A stretch of DNA of 64,000 nucleotides from an uncultured virus (IMG/VR IMGVR_UViG_3300044644_002613). Taxonomy: Duplodnaviria; Heunggongvirae; Uroviricota; Caudoviricetes. The notes below the pieces were generated by a model. The model saw nothing but the letters and a program-made list of their open reading frames with translations. It was not told the origin of the DNA and did not search any database. How positions within the stretch are numbered: the stretch's first letter is position 1; each line of letters begins with the position of its first letter. The stretch is taken from the IMG/VR virus record IMGVR_UViG_3300044644_002613; one strand, 5' to 3'. Shown here piece after piece: positions 10,221-20,094 of this stretch. Made by a program: the position numbers and the translations under genes.

Positions 10221-10412
10221 TTACATTTTGTTGGCGTTAAATTTTTCGGAAAAGTCATTGGTTGGATTAAATTCTTTTGATTCTTTTGATTCTTTTGCTC
10301 TAAAAACAAAATCATTACAATGATTGCAAATAACATTGAAATCATTATCAATCGAATAATCACGATCTTTCAAAAACTTTTTACAATTTGGACAGCTTCT
10401 TGCCTTTGACAT
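10221..10412 (-). CDS. Small zinc-finger protein
   Basis: CPNC...CNHC. Confidence 0.6.
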   Translation of the reverse strand: MSKARSCPNCKKFLKDRDYSIDNDFNVICNHCNDFVFRAKESKESKEFNPTNDFSEKFNANKM

Positions 10413-10581
10413 CTATTTCACCTAATTTTATAGCATCATAAACTTCTTGCCTATGGACAGGTATTTCACTTGGGGCTTCTATACCTATTCTAACTTTGCC
10501 CCTACCAACCTCCACAACAGTAATAATAATATTATTGTTTATCACAAGACTCTCATTGATTTTTCTCGATAATATCAGCAT
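10381..10581 (-). CDS. csrA: Carbon storage regulator CsrA paralog 2
   Basis: MLILSRKINESLVI...VRIGIEAPSEIPVHRQEVY. Confidence 0.95.
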   Translation of the reverse strand: MLILSRKINESLVINNNIIITVVEVGRGKVRIGIEAPSEIPVHRQEVYDAIKLGEIDVKGKKLSKL

Positions 10582-10662
10582 TTCATATCTTCCTTGAAAA
10601 AATAAATTGATCTTTAATTACTATAATTTAAATTTTAAATAAAAACAAGTCTTAATCAAAAC

Positions 10663-10693
10663 AAAAAAAGGCAGCAGGATTACCTGCTGCCTT
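10663..10693 (-). terminator. Intrinsic terminator
   Basis: aaggcagcagg-atta-cctgctgcctt followed by a U-tract on the minus strand. Confidence 0.8.
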
Positions 10694-10712
10694 ATCAAAA
10701 TATATATTTTGA

Positions 10713-10874
10713 TTATGCGAACAAAGATTGGCCACAAACTGTAACTGCTGCTACATAAGCACCAGCACGACCATTGCATGTACCAGAAGCAATGTTTGCT
10801 CTGCTACACTGGGGGTAAAAAAATCTCCAAGTAACATTAGTATATGTCGAATCACTCTTTTTGCAACGAAACAT
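10713..10874 (-). CDS. Unannotated 53-aa Cys-containing peptide
   Basis: MFRCKKSDSTYTNVTWRFFYPQCSRANIASGTCNGRAGAYVAAVTVCGQSLFA; GGAGG RBS and its own terminator. Confidence 0.7.
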   Translation of the reverse strand: MFRCKKSDSTYTNVTWRFFYPQCSRANIASGTCNGRAGAYVAAVTVCGQSLFA

Positions 10875-10907
10875 GATTCCTCCATTTTATAAAATGAGAA
10901 GCGAAAT

Positions 10908-11735
10908 TCAGACAACAATATTTAGAGTTGATAAATATTTATTTAAAGAATCTTTAAAAACATCATGGTCTTTTCGCAAAATTTCTTTCGATTTTGGTGA
11001 CAATGTATTTATAGTTCCTTTGCCATCATGATGAATCCAGCTATTTCCAGCTATGGCTTGTTTAAAACCATTTTTATTCATCGTCAATGCATATTCTTGT
11101 GATTCACATCCAGCATACTTGTACTCTTGAAAATAACCGGAAAACTTAAACAAATCCCTATGACAAATTGAACAAAACATTGGAAGATATTCATTAATGT
11201 TCAAAATATAATCCTCTGACTTTTGTTCTTTTTTCGTCTCAAGATGCCTAAGATCATCATTGAAGCAATTACTTCTGGCAGATACCATCTTTACATTTTG
11301 AGATTTTAATCTTTGCAAACACGATCCAATATTTGTCAGCCAATTTGTATCATCTGGAAGGACATCGGAATGCAGGATACACACATATGGAATCCATGGA
11401 TTATTTGAATTTTTTAATGCGTAATTTACAGCAGCACCAAATCCTTGGTTTTCTTCTTTTTGCAAGCAATTAAGGCCAGCAATTTTCTTCTTAGATAAAT
11501 CTTTTATGAATGATTTATTTTTTGAACCATCATCAACCAATGTCACTTGATACCTATTTGTTCTTATAGTCGAAAAAATTGCTTCTAACAATTTGGCAAC
11601 AGACGAATAAGTATTGTAAAAAGGAATGATGATTTCTACAGATTTCATATTTCTTGGATCTATGCTAGAAAAACCATCCATTGCAATATCATATTTTGTA
11701 ACCTTCTCTTTTTCTTCTGTTTCTAAATCATCCAT
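10908..11735 (-). CDS. Glycosyltransferase family 2
   Basis: IIIPFYN, LVDDGS, NQGFGAAVN, LHSDV. Confidence 0.85.
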   Translation of the reverse strand: MDDLETEEKEKVTKYDIAMDGFSSIDPRNMKSVEIIIPFYNTYSSVAKLLEAIFSTIRTNRYQVTLVDDGSKNKSFIKDLSKKKIAGLNCLQKEENQGFGAAVNYALKNSNNPWIPYVCILHSDVLPDDTNWLTNIGSCLQRLKSQNVKMVSARSNCFNDDLRHLETKKEQKSEDYILNINEYLPMFCSICHRDLFKFSGYFQEYKYAGCESQEYALTMNKNGFKQAIAGNSWIHHDGKGTINTLSPKSKEILRKDHDVFKDSLNKYLSTLNIVV

Positions 11736-12258
11736 TTTTAATTTCCTTTGTAATATCTTTCAAAATAGAATTAAAATAATTCATTTCTAAAATGCAATAA
11801 TAATTTGATTTTTTATCTTCTACAGCTTCTTGAAGTTCTTTCGAGTTTTTGGAAAATTCAAGGACATGAACGGAACAATTAAAATTTTTATCTTCATTCA
11901 TTCTTAAAATGTTTTTGTACGCATAGGTGTTATTAGGTTTGAATTTATTGGTACAAACAAAAATAATTTTTTTGCAACCCTCTTGAGATCCAACACCAAA
12001 TAAAGTATCTCTAAATGATTTTTCAAACAAATCATTGTCCTTTATCTGATAAGAATTTAATTGAGCTACACTTTCTCCATGAGTAGTCGGTAATTTGGAA
12101 TTCCCAGAAACATAAAGCTTTGAACTGCTTCCAATATTTGAAAAAAAATCCATAAATGTTTTTTTTATGAATTTAAGACCAGAATCTTTATTATATGTGA
12201 AATCATGTATATCAAAAACAATCCCAATGTATATCTGTTTTTCAAATCCATCAATCAT
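11728..12258 (-). CDS. Hypothetical protein, possibly a degenerate vWA fold
   Basis: IGIVFD...KKIIFVCTN...VHVLEF strand pattern. Confidence 0.45.
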   Translation of the reverse strand: MIDGFEKQIYIGIVFDIHDFTYNKDSGLKFIKKTFMDFFSNIGSSSKLYVSGNSKLPTTHGESVAQLNSYQIKDNDLFEKSFRDTLFGVGSQEGCKKIIFVCTNKFKPNNTYAYKNILRMNEDKNFNCSVHVLEFSKNSKELQEAVEDKKSNYYCILEMNYFNSILKDITKEIKNG

Positions 12259-12260
12259 TT

Positions 12261-13184
12261 TTGTTCTCCATTATACTATTTAATAGTAGAGAAACAAAGG
12301 AACAAAAAATGGAAAATAGAGAACAAATAAAGCAATATATTAAAGCTTGTGAACATATGATTAAGTTTTTCACCAAGTTTCTTGATACTGATACGCTTGG
12401 TATTAGATCTTTATCAAAAGAAGATAAGCTGAAAGAATTGACTGATTTAAGGTACGAAATCAAAAAAGATACTTGGCCAGAAGCCGAAAGTCCAAAACTT
12501 ACACAATCTCAAAAAAGTATGAAATTATTTGGAGAATTAATTTCTACACCAGTTAAAAATAAAAATATATTAGAATTTGGATGTTGTGATTGTGATTTAT
12601 CATCATTGTTAAAAAGTAAATTTGGAGCCAAAACTGTTGTTGCTTTCAAATTAGATGATTGTCAGTCTACAGACACCAATCTTTTAGACCCAAATGTAAT
12701 TTTCACAGACAATTTCCGTGTCGCCCAACAGATAGCTCCATTTGATATTATCATTCTAAATGATGTTATTGATCATTTAGAAAAGCCAGTTTTCTGGATT
12801 AAACAATTAGCAAAAATGCTTTCTAAAGAAACAGGAAGAATGTTTGTTCGTTGTCATCCATGGCTATCAAGAAATGGAACACACCTATCACAACAAATGA
12901 ACAAAGCTTTCTTGCATCTCATATTTTCAGATGATGAATTGGGAACTCTAGGTGTATCCAATAAATTCACAAGAAAAATAACCGATGATATGGATTCATA
13001 TAAAAGATTTTTTGAAGAATCAAATTTAAAAGTTTTAAACCATAAGATTTACACCAAATCAATAGAAGTGTCATTTCTTAAAAACCAAGTTGTTTTAGAA
13101 AGAATTAAAAAGTTCACCAAAATAGATAAAAACTTATTAGAAAAATTAGAAGTAGAGTTTATTGACTTTGAATTAAAGGCGTGA
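12261..13184 (+). CDS. Class I SAM-dependent methyltransferase-like protein (probable start 12309)
   Basis: ILEFGC, PFDIIILNDVIDHL, HPWLSRNGTHL. Confidence 0.75.
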   Translation: MFSIILFNSRETKEQKMENREQIKQYIKACEHMIKFFTKFLDTDTLGIRSLSKEDKLKELTDLRYEIKKDTWPEAESPKLTQSQKSMKLFGELISTPVKNKNILEFGCCDCDLSSLLKSKFGAKTVVAFKLDDCQSTDTNLLDPNVIFTDNFRVAQQIAPFDIIILNDVIDHLEKPVFWIKQLAKMLSKETGRMFVRCHPWLSRNGTHLSQQMNKAFLHLIFSDDELGTLGVSNKFTRKITDDMDSYKRFFEESNLKVLNHKIYTKSIEVSFLKNQVVLERIKKFTKIDKNLLEKLEVEFIDFELKA

Positions 13185-13186
13185 AT

Positions 13187-13804
13187 CTATTTTTCATCGT
13201 TATCATTATCTAATTCGATCATCCAATAAGCCACACCTAAAAAACTTTCCCAATCTTTTATTTTATAATCACATCTCAAAGCATTCATTTTAGGCTTCTT
13301 AGGTACTTTTAAAAGTTTCATATTGGCTTGTAACGGATTTCTATTCGCTTTTTTGGTGTTACACTTTACACAAGCTAAAACGCAATTTTCCCAAGTGGTC
13401 AAACCGCCATGACTTCTAGGAATAACATGATCTATAGATAATTCTTCTGTGCTAGGCTTCTGACCACAATATTGGCACTTGTATTCGTCTCTTTTGTAAA
13501 TTGTCTTTCTACAATAATGAACTTTTTTTGCTGGAACTTTATCGTATCTTGTAAGCTGAATAACTGATGGTATTCTGAATGATGCATTTACACTTCTAAG
13601 CTTTTCTTCATCGTCTTGTGGTCTTACTTTAGACCAATCTTCCCAAGTAAGAGTTTGAAATCCGTTGGCACAATCTACAATTATAGCTTTTGGCTCACCA
13701 TCTTTATGTTCACTGAATAATTTTATTAGAGCTTTTTCAAGCGTTAGAATAGTAATTGGTCGCCACGACTTGTTTAAAACTAAAACTTTTCTATTTTGTA
13801 TCAT
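13187..13804 (-). CDS. HNH endonuclease (McrA/HNH_5-like)
   Basis: VLVLNKSW, RDEYKCQYCG, IDHVIPRSHGG, WENCVLACVKCNTKK. Confidence 0.92.
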   Translation of the reverse strand: MIQNRKVLVLNKSWRPITILTLEKALIKLFSEHKDGEPKAIIVDCANGFQTLTWEDWSKVRPQDDEEKLRSVNASFRIPSVIQLTRYDKVPAKKVHYCRKTIYKRDEYKCQYCGQKPSTEELSIDHVIPRSHGGLTTWENCVLACVKCNTKKANRNPLQANMKLLKVPKKPKMNALRCDYKIKDWESFLGVAYWMIELDNDNDEK

Positions 13805-13811
13805 ATTGTAT

Positions 13812-14789
13812 CTATAATTTTAAATCACAATTAGACCATTCTTTAATTCTAATTCTTGCCAATTTCATGGCATCTTCAAACCATTCTTTAGTTTTCTTAA
13901 AATGAGGAGGACTATACATTTTTCCAGATGTGTAACTTCTAAAGTGATCTATATTGGAATCATTGGTTCTTTTTTCATTTTCTTCATGTCCAATTATAAT
14001 TGTTTCAATATTATTTTTTCTTAATATGTAATTACCAAGTATTTCTGTATCTGGCCAGTTTGGTCTCATTGGATCTGGCTTGTAATCAACAATATTATAT
14101 TCATTACAAAGTCTACGCAAACTCCACGCAAAACCAATTTTATCCATGGTTTTCATGTGATACATGCTTGCAGTGTGTGAAATCATACCTCTCCAATCAT
14201 CATGCTTTCTTGGAGTTATTTCATAGCCTACGACTGGAGTTTTCTCATTACATATATTCAATAAATAATCTATAAAATCATTACGCTTTAAAAATACATC
14301 GGCATGTGTGGCAAACAAATATGGAGTTCTACATAATGTCATAGCCAAATCCATAGCCATGGCTGGGTAATCACTTGGATGCATAACTCCGTTCAAAGCA
14401 ATTGTATGAACCTCTACATCCTCATCTCGAAGATCCAATACACTATCCAAATGATCGCTTCTACTTCCAGTATCAATGATCATGATGTATGGTCTTTCTG
14501 TTTGCAATCGCAACAACTCAATGCAAGTCCTCAATGTTTCTGATGTATTCAAGCAAGGTATGACCGCTGTTGCTTTATATTCCCAAGGCTTTTTATCACA
14601 TGATCCTTCCCATGGAGATTTTATGGTTAATTCGCCATAAGATGGAGATGTTTCAAATTTGCGAATCTCTACTTCTTCCCAATTATTTTCAGTATCTAGC
14701 CAAATATACTTTCTATCTTGGCTAATTTTCTTCTTCTTTTCTGGTGTTTTTGCCCATCTAGAATCGGAAATTTTCATAATTTTATTCAT
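13812..14789 (-). CDS. Glycosyltransferase (GT-A/GT2-like)
   Basis: AVIPCLN, IIDTGS, THADVF. Confidence 0.75.
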   Translation of the reverse strand: MNKIMKISDSRWAKTPEKKKKISQDRKYIWLDTENNWEEVEIRKFETSPSYGELTIKSPWEGSCDKKPWEYKATAVIPCLNTSETLRTCIELLRLQTERPYIMIIDTGSRSDHLDSVLDLRDEDVEVHTIALNGVMHPSDYPAMAMDLAMTLCRTPYLFATHADVFLKRNDFIDYLLNICNEKTPVVGYEITPRKHDDWRGMISHTASMYHMKTMDKIGFAWSLRRLCNEYNIVDYKPDPMRPNWPDTEILGNYILRKNNIETIIIGHEENEKRTNDSNIDHFRSYTSGKMYSPPHFKKTKEWFEDAMKLARIRIKEWSNCDLKL

Positions 14790-14852
14790 TTAAATATATT
14801 CCTCGCAATAACTAAGTAAGCAATTGTTTTTTATTATAAGAGAAGGCACATT

Positions 14853-15143
14853 ATGTTGACAAATTTTTATGAATGGATGAGCTTTAGACAAGCTGTAGAA
14901 GCACCAGAAGGCGATTATGCCTTTATAGGAACATACAACAATGATCAATTCCCAAACTTGAAAGAAACAAGCCAAAGAATTGAATTGGATGCCGCATTAT
15001 CCTTAATTCCAAAATCTTATCAAAATCAATTTTCTAACATGGAAACCATTCATGCTGGGAAGTCGCAAAATGAGAGCAATAAAGATGTTATTTGGATTTC
15101 TAATCAAGATCAAAATATTACTTTTTTGTTCGAAAAAAGATAA
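14853..15143 (+). CDS. Hypothetical protein with an N-terminal FxEW motif
   Basis: 96-aa ORF starting MLTNFYEWM. Confidence 0.65.
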   Translation: MLTNFYEWMSFRQAVEAPEGDYAFIGTYNNDQFPNLKETSQRIELDAALSLIPKSYQNQFSNMETIHAGKSQNESNKDVIWISNQDQNITFLFEKR

Positions 15144-15500
15144 TTATTTTTTAATATGAGTTATTGAAAAAGGATAGTTATCCTTTGCTGTATAAAACTT
15201 CTTAATTGGCTCTGGTCCTGATATATGTCTTATATCAAATGGGGCTTTAGTGCCATTATTGCCATCGCCATAATTCTTTGGCTCTCCTGGTATGTGCTTA
15301 ATACTAAATGGAGGGCCATCACCGTTATCGTAAAGCCTATTGTCCAAACTAATATACAAAAGAGCATCAGCAGAACTAGGCAAATATGTTTGCAATGGGT
15401 AAAGTCCAATGCCTCCATACCCTAGAGGGTACAAACCAGTTTTTCCAGATGTTTTACCTTCATTGATTTTAAACCAGTTTTTAAACGAAAAATCTTTCAT
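15144..15500 (-). CDS. Hypothetical protein with GLYPL and PFxIxHI repeats
   Basis: Starts MKDFSFKNWFKINE; internal repeats. Confidence 0.65.
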   Translation of the reverse strand: MKDFSFKNWFKINEGKTSGKTGLYPLGYGGIGLYPLQTYLPSSADALLYISLDNRLYDNGDGPPFSIKHIPGEPKNYGDGNNGTKAPFDIRHISGPEPIKKFYTAKDNYPFSITHIKK

Positions 15501-15519
15501 ATATTATTTATGCATGAAA

Positions 15520-15551
15520 CAAAAAAAAAGGAGCGTTTTTCAACACTCCTT
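15520..15551 (-). terminator. Intrinsic terminator
   Basis: aaggagcgtt / aacactcctt stem with a long U-tract on the minus strand. Confidence 0.6.
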
Positions 15552-15577
15552 GGTTTGACAATTTTTAACAACAAAAA

Positions 15578-15862
15578 TTACTTAGTGCTAGGTGCAACGA
15601 CTTTTGGCTTTTCTGCACCCTTTGGAGCCTCTGCTGCTTTAGCAGGTTCGGTAGAACACCCACTAGAGCCACAAGAGCTACGACCATGAAGCAGTTTTGC
15701 TCCACAACCAGAAGTTGTAGTCTTGCAAGAAGTTGTGGTCTTGCAAGAAGAACCACATGACTTACTTCGCAACTTGCCACCAAGCAAACCGCCACGACAT
15801 CCTGCTTCAGCGGAACTTACACTAAAAGCAACTGCCAAAACCAAAACTGAAAGATACTTCAT
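15578..15862 (-). CDS. Secreted Cys/Gly/Ser-rich low-complexity protein (planctomycete style)
   Basis: Signal peptide ending AEA; GCRGG..SCGSSCKTTTSC; AAGGAG RBS. Confidence 0.75.
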   Translation of the reverse strand: MKYLSVLVLAVAFSVSSAEAGCRGGLLGGKLRSKSCGSSCKTTTSCKTTTSGCGAKLLHGRSSCGSSGCSTEPAKAAEAPKGAEKPKVVAPSTK

Positions 15863-15907
15863 CTTTCACTCCTTTGAAAAAAAGTAGGAAACAAACTAAC
15901 CACAAAC

Positions 15908-15936
15908 AATATACCAAACACTTAAACGAAAGTAAA
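15908..15936 (-). promoter_or_regulatory. Sigma70-type promoter
   Basis: TTTACT-17-TATATT with extended TG. Confidence 0.6.
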
Positions 15937-15944
15937 ATGAATTT

Positions 15945-16175
15945 CTATTTTTTTGTATAAGGAAACCATATCCTAAAACAAAAACCAAATAATAAATTCA
16001 TTTTAAGTGCCTGTGTAAAAGTAATTTCGGTCAATCTTCCTTGTGTTATTTCTGGTATTAAAGAATTCCACAACCACCAAACTGGCAAGGTTAATATGAC
16101 AGCGTAAATAATTACCAAACACACAACAGCAATGCTAATTGCAAAAATTTGCTTAATGTTAAACTCATCAGACAT
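15945..16175 (-). CDS. Small membrane protein
   Basis: Transmembrane helix plus WWLWNSLIP...ITFTQAL. Confidence 0.7.
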   Translation of the reverse strand: MSDEFNIKQIFAISIAVVCLVIIYAVILTLPVWWLWNSLIPEITQGRLTEITFTQALKMNLLFGFCFRIWFPYTKK

Positions 16176-16196
16176 AATTTGATACCTCTAGTTCTT

Positions 16197-16937
16197 TTAT
16201 AAAATAGTAATTCTTTTATATTGTTTAAAATCAGTGTATTCAAATAATTTTTTCTGTATTTGAATTTGCCATAGTTTTTGATTTACACGAAAACTTTTTG
16301 TATAGCTCTTATCGTGTTGCCTGTAATAAAGTAAGGATTCTGGCATATTGTGCAATATCTTATCGTTTTGCAGCATTCTAATCCAAAGTTCATAATCCTC
16401 AACTATACAATTTGGAGATTCGTCATACCCACCAACATCTAATACAGATTTTTTTTTAAACAAAACTGTTGGATGGTTTATAAACCAAAGGCTTGAATTG
16501 GCGATTTTTTTAGTGATTATATGAGGATGATCTGTTTTGTTCTTTAGTATCCATCTTGTATTATTTGCGACCATAAATGTAAGATTACTTCCAACCAAAT
16601 CAACATTTGGATTTCTTTGCAAATAATCAAATTGCTTAAAAAGTCTTTTTGGAAGAGAAAAATCATCTGCATCCATTCTTGCGATCAAATCGAATTGTGA
16701 TTCTTGTATCCCTTTATTGCAACCAAAAGAAATGCCAAAATTATGTTTAAGATGAATTACTTTTATATTGTTGTTTTTGTGAAAATAACCTAATAAACTT
16801 TTTGTGTCTTTGGAATTTGATCCATTATCCACAATAATTACTTCTATTTTTTTAAATGTTTGATTCAAAATAGAATCAACGGCTTCTTTTAGCCAAAAAG
16901 AATTAGTATTACATACTGGTATCACTACAGATATCAT
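16197..16937 (-). CDS. Glycosyltransferase family 2
   Basis: MISVVIPV, IVDNGS, ARMDADD, HPTV, EDYELW; start moved to 16937. Confidence 0.92.
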   Translation of the reverse strand: MISVVIPVCNTNSFWLKEAVDSILNQTFKKIEVIIVDNGSNSKDTKSLLGYFHKNNNIKVIHLKHNFGISFGCNKGIQESQFDLIARMDADDFSLPKRLFKQFDYLQRNPNVDLVGSNLTFMVANNTRWILKNKTDHPHIITKKIANSSLWFINHPTVLFKKKSVLDVGGYDESPNCIVEDYELWIRMLQNDKILHNMPESLLYYRQHDKSYTKSFRVNQKLWQIQIQKKLFEYTDFKQYKRITIL

Positions 16938-17015
16938 ACTTAGCCTTAATTTAAAGAAGCCCACCACAACATTATTGTAATAGGCTTCTTTTTGCATATA
17001 ATCTTAAAATTAAGA

Positions 17016-17234
17016 TTAAACAATAAAATCAAGATCGGCAACGGTTGCAACAGTATCGGTGAAAGTTCCACCATCTAAAATGCGACCTGCCATTTTAAAC
17101 TCACCGCCTGAATGAAAATAAATCCCATGAACGGATCGTTGAATTGAGTTACCACCAGTAACAGATGTATCCAAAGACCCTTCAGTTCCAAGATTCACCA
17201 AAGCTGGTGATAATTCTACAGTATAAGTAGCCAT
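17016..17234 (-). CDS. Small hypothetical protein, possibly virion structural
   Basis: AAGGAG RBS, upstream TATATA, downstream hairpin, beta-rich composition. Confidence 0.6.
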   Translation of the reverse strand: MATYTVELSPALVNLGTEGSLDTSVTGGNSIQRSVHGIYFHSGGEFKMAGRILDGGTFTDTVATVADLDFIV

Positions 17235-17323
17235 AATTTTTCTCCTTTTGCAAAAGTAAACTACTAAAATATATAACCTTTTAAAGCCTATTTTGATTTT
17301 AAAAGTGTGTCTTTTGGTGAGAA

Positions 17324-18172
17324 TTAGTTTTCGACCAACTTACCTTCAAAAGCCAATTTAGAGAACAAATAAGGGAATGCACTGCTTGTTGAGTGAAGTA
17401 TAGCTAGGTCTTGACTGTATTCAAATACAGAAACATCTTCAGTATCAAAAAATGAATTTTTTATTTTATTTTCAAGAACAAAAAGATTACATGCAACTTC
17501 TTCTCTATTTCTTCCATCTTCTCGTAACGCATACATCATATCTGACATTGGGTGTTTTTTGTACAGTAGATTATTACAATACTGCAAAACCTGCTTTCCG
17601 TATTCTTTTAGTAAATTACCCTTCCAAAAAACTACGCCAGAATTAAATGGCATTAATGTTTGTTTCTCTAAATTGTCACCATTAAAATAGATAAATCGCA
17701 TTTTTTGCTTAGAAATAGTTCCATTGTTAATCCCAACTAAAGGACAAGCTACAAATTCATAATTAGAATATTTTTCGAAAATGAAATCAATTGATCTGAA
17801 ACAGAATGTGTCTACATCTAAAAGAATTGCGTCATCAAAATCATAATTCTCAAATATGCACCTTTGTATGGAAACATAATTTTGTGATTTGTATGGAAGA
17901 TCATTAATTTCTATAAGATTTATGTCCAAACTTTTAACAAGGCTGAAAATGTCTTCTTGGCGAAATAACATAAACCTTTTCGTATATTCTGGAGATATAT
18001 CTTTAAATAACTTATTTGTTTGTTCCCAAGAATCTTTATTTAGGTCATTTACATAAAATAAAGTAATTGGGATTTTTGGATTGTGCTTTCTAAATGTTCT
18101 AACAGAAACACTAAACATAGCATTGTAAATTGGATTTTCATTTAAAACATAAACACAACACTTGTTGTTCAT
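17324..18172 (-). CDS. GT-A fold glycosyltransferase (GT8-like)
   Basis: SVRTFRKHNP, LLDVDT, FNSGVV. Confidence 0.75.
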   Translation of the reverse strand: MNNKCCVYVLNENPIYNAMFSVSVRTFRKHNPKIPITLFYVNDLNKDSWEQTNKLFKDISPEYTKRFMLFRQEDIFSLVKSLDINLIEINDLPYKSQNYVSIQRCIFENYDFDDAILLDVDTFCFRSIDFIFEKYSNYEFVACPLVGINNGTISKQKMRFIYFNGDNLEKQTLMPFNSGVVFWKGNLLKEYGKQVLQYCNNLLYKKHPMSDMMYALREDGRNREEVACNLFVLENKIKNSFFDTEDVSVFEYSQDLAILHSTSSAFPYLFSKLAFEGKLVEN

Positions 18173-18561
18173 TGGTCAAACCTACTGCCATTTTTTATGA
18201 AAACAAATTTAGTCACATAACAATCATTGATCTGCCAATAGCAGCCATCTTGATTGAATTTTGAATTTACGACTTTATAATTTGCTCTCAAATAATATTC
18301 TTCGTCAATTTTTTTAATCAAATAAACCTTGGAATAAACCCAACCATCTTTATCAATCGAGCTAACCATGCCAAGGCCAACATACTCATCCTTCCAATAT
18401 ACTGGTATAAATCCTTTTGATTTGATCAATTTGTCGATACAGTTATAATTAATCAAGACATGATTTGAACTGATCGCATCTGCTTTCAAAAATGGAAGAT
18501 CAATTGCTTTATCTTTATCAGCATAAAATACTATAAAGCAAAACAAAAGATTAATCATCAT
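18169..18561 (-). CDS. Hypothetical protein
   Basis: 130-aa ORF coupled to its neighbours. Confidence 0.55.
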   Translation of the reverse strand: MMINLLFCFIVFYADKDKAIDLPFLKADAISSNHVLINYNCIDKLIKSKGFIPVYWKDEYVGLGMVSSIDKDGWVYSKVYLIKKIDEEYYLRANYKVVNSKFNQDGCYWQINDCYVTKFVFIKNGSRFDQ

Positions 18562-18745
18562 GATAAGAATCCAATGCTACTGATTTAGAATTAGTGCCAT
18601 TTTTTTTAACTTCACTTTCTTTTCTCTCAGAACACTTTGAGCAAAATCTAATCGTAAACTTATCAGGGCTACGAAATTGTTTATTGCACCAACCCAAACA
18701 GTTTACGATACCGCTTCTATCCATGATGTTTAATTTGCTTTTCAT
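18551..18745 (-). CDS. Small zinc-finger protein
   Basis: CLGWCNKQF...RFCSKC. Confidence 0.65.
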   Translation of the reverse strand: MKSKLNIMDRSGIVNCLGWCNKQFRSPDKFTIRFCSKCSERKESEVKKNGTNSKSVALDSYHDD

Positions 18746-18754
18746 TGTTATCTC

Positions 18755-19549
18755 CTATTTTTGAATAGTACCAAAGTTTTTAAAATTCTTCAACAGGTTT
18801 TGCAAATTATTATTTCTATCTGTTTTAGCTTTCATGACATTTGATATTTCATCCATGCTCCAAGGTGTTCCAAATGAAATATTTGGCCTTAAATTATCAA
18901 CACCAACATCCATGGTTAGATTGTTGCCTTTAGATAAAGAAATGACATCAATCAAACGATTTACAGTATCATCATTTTGAGAAACATTTAAGATAGATGC
19001 AAAACTATCTCTATATAATTTAGCATCACATTCAAGTACCATTCCATCATCTTCTGGAGAGAGAAAGCCATGTGTATGACCATAAAGCATCCAAGAGCCA
19101 TAAGATTTTTTATCCCATGATCTACAAGGATAATGAAAGGTAAAAACAACTTGTCCATCAATTTTAAATGTATATTGATCATAGCAAGTGAAATATTTAC
19201 TCATGTATTTACGATCATCATGATTTCCAAGTATTAAATACACATTAAAACAATTGATTCTATCTCTTAATTTCTTAATATCTAAATCTCTATCTTTATT
19301 CTTTGTGTGACAAAAATCTCCAATAATAACTAAATTATCTTTTCTTGAAACAACAGAATTTATCGAATCGATAATCGAATCAGTCATTAAATCAGTAGAT
19401 TCTTTGCTTATTACAACATCGGAAATTGGAATTACTTTTTTGTTTACTAAATCAAGCATATCTTGTTCGATTTTTGAACAAAATGGCCTATTGCAATACT
19501 TGATGATGTTACTATGATTCAAATGCAAGTCGGCAGTAAAAAACCACAT
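18755..19549 (-). CDS. Calcineurin-like metallophosphoesterase
   Basis: TADLH, GDF, GNHD, HYP, YGHTH, DVGVD. Confidence 0.9.
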   Translation of the reverse strand: MWFFTADLHLNHSNIIKYCNRPFCSKIEQDMLDLVNKKVIPISDVVISKESTDLMTDSIIDSINSVVSRKDNLVIIGDFCHTKNKDRDLDIKKLRDRINCFNVYLILGNHDDRKYMSKYFTCYDQYTFKIDGQVVFTFHYPCRSWDKKSYGSWMLYGHTHGFLSPEDDGMVLECDAKLYRDSFASILNVSQNDDTVNRLIDVISLSKGNNLTMDVGVDNLRPNISFGTPWSMDEISNVMKAKTDRNNNLQNLLKNFKNFGTIQK

Positions 19550-19613
19550 TTATTATCCTCGTAAATCAAGTAATTACGAATGATAACAAAAAGATAAATT
19601 TTCAACAATTAAA

Positions 19614-20030
19614 TTATTTTTCTTTTTTCCAAGAAATTGGTTTACTAGTTTTCTTTCTTTTAACGCCAGTTTTTGTACATGCTGATAATGTTGGTCTGCA
19701 AGCTGGATATTTTCTTTCAGTACCTTTGCCAGCTTTTTTACGGCCACAAGGAACAAGGTTCCCTTTTTTACTGGCTTTACAATCAATCCAACCTTTACCT
19801 TTATTTCTGCTAAACCATCCATGAAGACCTTTTTCTTTTTCTGCTTTAAAAGTGTCTTCATTCATATTTGATTTTTTTTTGGAATTGCCCCAATTAGAAG
19901 CACCAACTTTACGACATTTGACTAGCGCACCACTAGCATAAGCACTGGGAAAAACATCATATCTGCTTTTTACCTTGTGGTAACAAGCATCTTTTTCTTC
20001 ACGCAATTCTAGCCATTCACTAAATTTCAT
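19614..20030 (-). CDS. Basic phage protein with modules recalled from T4-like cyanophages
   Basis: DACYHKVKSRYDVFPSAYASGALVKCRK plus GLHGWF...PCGR...YPACRP. Confidence 0.75.
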   Translation of the reverse strand: MKFSEWLELREEKDACYHKVKSRYDVFPSAYASGALVKCRKVGASNWGNSKKKSNMNEDTFKAEKEKGLHGWFSRNKGKGWIDCKASKKGNLVPCGRKKAGKGTERKYPACRPTLSACTKTGVKRKKTSKPISWKKEK

Positions 20031-20094
20031 ATTATCCTATTAATCTTTAAGTTTAATCTATTTATCTTTATGGTTTTAAAAATTAATTAATTTT

